From the NCBI GenBank assembly GCA_963674865.2, contig CAXXYE010000008.1:128001-192000 (forward strand): a stretch of 64,000 nt of DNA. Direction: 5' to 3'. The notes under the pieces are model-generated. The model did not search any database, was not told the origin of the DNA, and saw nothing but the letters and a program-made list of their open reading frames with translations. This document shows, one piece after another, positions 59,652 to 64,000 of this stretch. A program made the position numbers and the translations under genes. The stretch comes from Candidatus Hydrogenedentota bacterium. GTDB taxonomy: Bacteria > Hydrogenedentota > Hydrogenedentia > Hydrogenedentales > SLHB01. The first letter of the stretch is position 1. Each line of letters starts with the position of its first letter.

Positions 59652-61154
59652 GTGTCGAACGTAGTCAACGATGGCCACGGCGCCGAGAAAGGGGCCCTCA
59701 CCCAAGAGGAGCGCCGGCGGCATTACGACGCCATTGCGTCGAACCGCGATACCTGGATTCGGCGGCATCGCTACTACCACGAGGCGCTACGCGATTTCTA
59801 CAGGATGACGATCCCCGAGGGCAGCTCCGTCCTGGAGGTCGGGCCGGGGACGGGGGATTTGCTCGACGCCCTCAAGCCCGCTCATGGCGTCGGTGTGGAT
59901 TTCAGCCATGAGATGGTGCGCTTGGCGCGCGCGAAGTATCCCCGCCTCGAGTTCGTCCAAGGCACGGCCGAGGCCCTACCTGTTCAGGACATATTCGATC
60001 ATGTCGTGCTCTCGAACGTCGTGGGCGACTTGTCGGACGTTTGGCAGGCCTTTCGCGAACTTCACCGCGTCACGCGGCCGGATTCCCGCGTCGTTATCAC
60101 CTACTACAACTTCATCTGGGAGCCCATCATCAAGCTCGGCGAGAAGCTTGGCCGCAAAATGCCGCAGTACAGCCAGAACTGGCTCTCCGTCGGCGATATG
60201 GCCAACCTGCTCGAACTCAACGGCTTCGAGGTGGTCCGCCGCGGTTATCGTGTCCTCCTGCCCATCGGCGTGCCCCTGCTCGCGCCGCTCTGCAACCGTG
60301 TCCTCGGCAAATTGCCGCTCCTGCGCCAGTTCTGCATGGTGAATTACCTGGTTGCCAAACCTTTGCCGGAGCCTCAGGCCCAAGCGCCCGCGGAGCTGAC
60401 GTGTTCCGTGATCATTCCTACGCGGAATGAGGCGGGCAACATCGAGCGCGCCGTCGAAGAGACGCCGGACATGGGCGGCCACACGGAGCTGGTGTTCGTT
60501 GATGGGGACTCGACGGACGGGACGGTTGAGAAGATCGAGGCGTGCATCGAGCGATTCCGGGGGCGCAAGGACATCAAGCTCATCCACCAGGTTCCCCGAG
60601 GCAGCAAGGAGGCCCATACGGGCAAGATGCTTTCGCTCGGGAAGGGCGACGCTGTCAGGAAGGGCTTCGACGCCGCCCAAGGCGACATCCTCATGATTTT
60701 GGATGCCGACCTCACCGTCCCGCCGGAGGACCTGCCCAAGTTCTACCGGGCCGTCGTGGAGGGCCGCGGCGAACTCATCAACGGCACGCGCCTCGTTTAC
60801 CAGATGGAGAGGCAGGCGATGCGCCTCTTCAACATCCTCGGCAACAAGGCCTTCAGCCTCGCCTTCACCTGGCTCCTCGAGCAGCCCATCAAGGACACCC
60901 TCTGCGGTACCAAGGCCCTCCTCAAGGAGGACTATGAGCGCATCAAGGCCAACAGGGCCTATTTTGGCGATTTCGACCCCTTCGGCGACTTCGATCTTCT
61001 CTTCGGCGCGGCCAAACTCAATCTCAAGATCGTCGAGGTGCCCATACGATACCGCGCCCGAACCTACGGCGACATCAAGATCGAACGCTGGAAGCACGGC
61101 GTCCTGCTGCTCAGGATGTGCCTGATTGCGCTCAAGAAGCTCAAGTTCAACTGA
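59652..61154 (+). CDS. Class I methyltransferase-like / GT2 fusion protein
   Basis: VLEVGPGTG, GVDFS; then IIPTRNEAGNI, VDGDSTDG, GKGDAV, LDADL, DTLCGTK, DPFGDFDL. Confidence 0.9.
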   Translation: MSNVVNDGHGAEKGALTQEERRRHYDAIASNRDTWIRRHRYYHEALRDFYRMTIPEGSSVLEVGPGTGDLLDALKPAHGVGVDFSHEMVRLARAKYPRLEFVQGTAEALPVQDIFDHVVLSNVVGDLSDVWQAFRELHRVTRPDSRVVITYYNFIWEPIIKLGEKLGRKMPQYSQNWLSVGDMANLLELNGFEVVRRGYRVLLPIGVPLLAPLCNRVLGKLPLLRQFCMVNYLVAKPLPEPQAQAPAELTCSVIIPTRNEAGNIERAVEETPDMGGHTELVFVDGDSTDGTVEKIEACIERFRGRKDIKLIHQVPRGSKEAHTGKMLSLGKGDAVRKGFDAAQGDILMILDADLTVPPEDLPKFYRAVVEGRGELINGTRLVYQMERQAMRLFNILGNKAFSLAFTWLLEQPIKDTLCGTKALLKEDYERIKANRAYFGDFDPFGDFDLLFGAAKLNLKIVEVPIRYRARTYGDIKIERWKHGVLLLRMCLIALKKLKFN

Positions 61155-61222
61155 CGAGGCGGGCGAGGGCGCTCGGGGGACGCAGACAACGGCGTGTGAG
61201 CCGTTCACGTTAGATTGGCCCG

Positions 61223-61251
61223 TTGACGCTCCCAAGGGCCTTTGCTACACT
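61223..61251 (+). promoter_or_regulatory. Putative sigma70 promoter
   Basis: TTGACG-N17-TACACT with an extended -10 TG. Confidence 0.55.
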
Positions 61252-61275
61252 TCATAATCTACATGGAGTGAACCC

Positions 61276-62643
61276 ATGCCCGACGAAACCCCCGCAGCCG
61301 TTTTACTTGTGGACAGCGATCCCAATATCGCCCAGGAAGTCATGGCCTTTCTGGAAGAACACGGCTATGAGGTCGAGTGGGTGCAGGACGGGGAGAAGGC
61401 CTATAACCGGCTGGACAGCCGGATCTTCGATGTCCTCGTAACGGAACTCAACATCGAACGGATCGATGGAATGAGGCTCATGGCCGTGGCGAAGGACCGC
61501 AATCCGGAAATCTGCGTCGTGTTTATCACGGAGCGGACTGACGTGGCCTTGGCAACGGAGGCGATGCGTCAAGGGGCCTATGATTTCCAGACGAAGCCGC
61601 TCAACCTGGGCAAACTCGAAGCCGTCATCCAGCGGGGGCTGGGCCATCAACGGCTTGTCTTCGAGCAACACGAGCTGAAGCGCCGCTTGGACGAGCGCTA
61701 CGGGCTGGGCAACCTCGTCGGCAAGTCGCGCCAGATGATCCAGGTTTACAACGCCATCCGCCAGGTGGCGCCGACGAAGACCACGGTACTTATCCAGGGG
61801 GAGACGGGCACGGGCAAGGACCTCATTGCCCAGGCGCTCCACAACAACGGCCCCCGTCGCGATGCGCCTTTCGTCAAGCTCAACTGCGCCAGCATTCCCG
61901 AGGCGCTTGTCGAGAGCGAGCTGTTCGGCCACGTGCAAGGGGCCTTCACGGGGGCCGTCCGGGCGCGTCAAGGCCGTTTTGAACTGGCCGACAAAGGCAC
62001 CCTCTTCCTGGACGAAGTCGGCGAACTGACCCCCGCCCTCCAAGCCAAGCTTCTCCGCGTGCTCGAAAGCCGGCAATTCGAGCGCCTCGGCGATTCCCGC
62101 ACCATTTCGGTGGACGTGCGGCTCATCGCCGCATCAAACCGCTCCCTCGAGCAGATGGTTGGGGCGGGCGCCTTTCGCGACGATCTCTACTACCGGCTGC
62201 GCGTGGTCACCATCACGGTGCCCCCTCTTCGCGAGCGCCGGGAGGATATCCCGCTGCTCACCACCCGTTTCATTCGAGATGCTTGCGAGGCCAACGGCCG
62301 GGGGACGCACGGGATTACACGCAACGCCATGGACCTGCTCATGCGCTACGACTGGCCGGGCAACGTCCGCGAGCTGAAGAACATCATCGAGGGGATGGTG
62401 GTCATGACGCGCTCAGAGCGCACACTCGATGTAAACGACGTCCCCAGCCATGTGCGCCGCACGACCGCCCCGGAAGTCGGCGAGATACGCATCCCGACGG
62501 GCGTGCCGATGAAAGAGGTCGAGCGCATCGTCGTCGAGGAGACGATGAAGGTGTGCGGATTCAACAAAGAGGCGTGCGCGAAAATGCTGGGTATCGGGCT
62601 GCGGACGCTCTACCGAAAAATCAAAGAGTACGACATCCGCTAA
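61276..62643 (+). CDS. sigma54-dependent enhancer-binding protein (REC-AAA-Fis HTH) with atypical receiver
   Basis: GETGTGKD, ESELFGH..GAFTGA, LFLDEVGE, FRDDLYYRL, WPGNVREL, LGIGLRTLYRK; receiver reads VTEL instead of VTDL. Confidence 0.95.
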   Translation: MPDETPAAVLLVDSDPNIAQEVMAFLEEHGYEVEWVQDGEKAYNRLDSRIFDVLVTELNIERIDGMRLMAVAKDRNPEICVVFITERTDVALATEAMRQGAYDFQTKPLNLGKLEAVIQRGLGHQRLVFEQHELKRRLDERYGLGNLVGKSRQMIQVYNAIRQVAPTKTTVLIQGETGTGKDLIAQALHNNGPRRDAPFVKLNCASIPEALVESELFGHVQGAFTGAVRARQGRFELADKGTLFLDEVGELTPALQAKLLRVLESRQFERLGDSRTISVDVRLIAASNRSLEQMVGAGAFRDDLYYRLRVVTITVPPLRERREDIPLLTTRFIRDACEANGRGTHGITRNAMDLLMRYDWPGNVRELKNIIEGMVVMTRSERTLDVNDVPSHVRRTTAPEVGEIRIPTGVPMKEVERIVVEETMKVCGFNKEACAKMLGIGLRTLYRKIKEYDIR

Positions 62644-62670
62644 GGGGCTTGCGCCGGGACGCGGGAAATC

Positions 62671-62856
62671 CTACTCCCCTTCCTTCTTCTCGGGGTCTTC
62701 GGATTTTTCGGCAGTGTCCTTGTTCTTAACGCTCTCCTTGAACTCGGAGATGGCGCCGCCAAGCGAACGGCCGACTTGGGGGAGTTTTCCCGCGCCGAAG
62801 ATGATCAGCACGATGGCGAGGATGACGATCAGCTCGCCCATTCCTGGGGTCCACAT
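62671..62856 (-). CDS. tatA: Twin-arginine translocase TatA
   Basis: GMGELIVILAIVLIIFGAGKLPQVGRSLGGAISEFK. Confidence 0.95.
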   Translation of the reverse strand: MWTPGMGELIVILAIVLIIFGAGKLPQVGRSLGGAISEFKESVKNKDTAEKSEDPEKKEGE

Positions 62857-63037
62857 AGGACTGCTCCTGAAAAATAGCCTGTTTCTCTCTCAATACGACT
62901 CAATTAATTATAGTCTTTTCCTGTAAGGGTTCGCAATGACGCTATTTCGGCCCCGGTGGCTGGGTTGCCGATCGTGCCGTGCGTCAAGTCATTGGAAATG
63001 AAGACACCGACGAGACGGCCGGCCTATCCCACCGACA

Positions 63038-63128
63038 GCCCCGAAGGGGCGGCCGCATGTAGCCGTGGGTGAGCGAAGCGAACCCACGGACATAGCCGCC
63101 CAACAGTCCATAGCCCCGAAGGGGTGGC
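63038..63128 (+). repeat. REP cluster, left
   Basis: agccccgaaggggcggc..gtagccgtgggtgagcgaagcgaacccacgg, plus a second agccccgaagggg. Confidence 0.75.
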
Positions 63129-63160
63129 CGGTACTGAGAGCAGGCCCGACCTTCGGTGGA

Positions 63161-63381
63161 ATGTTCACGAATCCCCAGTGCCACGTGGTGTTTAGCACCA
63201 AGAGCCGCCTCCGCTGATTTCCGGTCAATTGCGTCCGTGTCTTCACGATTACATCGGCGGAACGCTTCGAAAACGTGAGGGCCTGCTCCACGAAATCGCT
63301 GGTACGGCCGACCACGTGCATCTCGTTCTGCGCTGGCGGCCTGATGGCTCGGTTTCGGATTCCGTGCGGGATATCAAGTGA
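63161..63381 (+). pseudogene. Decayed IS200/IS605-like (Y1 HUH, RAYT-type) transposase
   Basis: Fragments FTNPQCHVVFSTKSR*, GTADHVHL (HUH) and SVSDSVRDIK* with stops and frameshifts; C-terminal half absent. Confidence 0.7.
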
Positions 63382-63396
63382 AGCAAAGGCGCTGTC

Positions 63397-63580
63397 ACCC
63401 CGTTCGGGGCTCTCGATGGGGAGGTCCCGTGTCCGTGGGCTCGCTTCGCTCACCCACGGCTACACGCGAGCGCCCCGTTCGGGGCGCGGGGCAATCTGCA
63501 TCAGGGTGTTCAGCCGAGGTGCCATGTCCGTGGGGTGCGCCGATCGTCCACCGGCATGGGCCATCACCCCGTTCGGGGCT
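63397..63580 (-). repeat. REP cluster, right, inverted relative to the left cluster
   Basis: ccgtgggctcgcttcgctcacccacggctac and three ccccgttcggggc hairpins. Confidence 0.75.
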
Positions 63581-64000
63581 TCTGATAGTGTTTGATGTAC
63601 CGCCCTTCCCATGGTTCGCGCCTCCCCCGCAGGAACCGCACTTCCCGGGCAGATTCCTGGGCTAGAATATGTCGCCGGAACGGCTTCGATGCGGCCAAGG
63701 CGCTTTGCCTTACGGAGGAGAGGTTCCAGAGGGGGCTACGCGCGAGATGGTTCGGGCGGGTCCTCGTGGAGGCCCGCGCCAAACGCTTGGGACTTCCCGG
63801 GGAAGAGGGCGGAAACGAGCGCCTTTTCGTTCTGAAGCCGACTTTGCCGGCTCTTCTGAGCGCCGTTTTTCCGAGGAAAAGCGGCGATTGTAGATATGTG
63901 TCTACAGGAAATGCGTGCAAAACCAATGAAAAGCCGCAAAACCCCTTTCCATGACGCAGATCCGTCGTGCATTCTCTGAATACGCGGCGCGCGGAGGGTG

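Noticed and set aside
63592..63972. ORFs at the right edge and the tgtaga-N6-tctaca palindrome
   Set aside because: No recognisable product; the palindrome is short and its downstream context lies outside the window.

Overview
GC-rich bacterial chromosomal window. The gene content suggests a diderm organism, probably anaerobic or facultative; Candidatus Hydrogenedentota is my inference and is not verifiable here. Housekeeping blocks: ndk-bS22-DUF1844-purA, yicC-gmk-rpoZ-coaBC and tatA. Accessory content: two glycan-tailoring clusters with radical SAM enzymes, an atypical isoprenoid-synthase/methyltransferase/ABC operon, an H-NOX-hybrid kinase-diguanylate cyclase module and a minimal SufC/SufBD (SMS-type) Fe-S pair. 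Mobile or decayed DNA: an intact IS1202-type element with a 17-bp target duplication, a collapsed RND operon and a REP-flanked Y1 transposase relic. Strongest candidates for undescribed systems: (1) two tandem serpin-like lipoproteins whose putative reactive-centre loops have diverged between identical flanks; (2) an ECF sigma factor fused to PilC/GspF-like and degenerate PilB/GspE-N2-like domains; (3) a 56-aa ORF absent from the ORF track, with a consensus sigma54 promoter, an IHF-like site and a structured 3' UTR able to pair with its own RBS; (4) a PssD/Alg14 glycosyltransferase half fused to a cobalamin-dependent radical SAM enzyme. No rRNA, tRNA or CRISPR array was seen. All family calls come from motif recognition by eye, not database searches.
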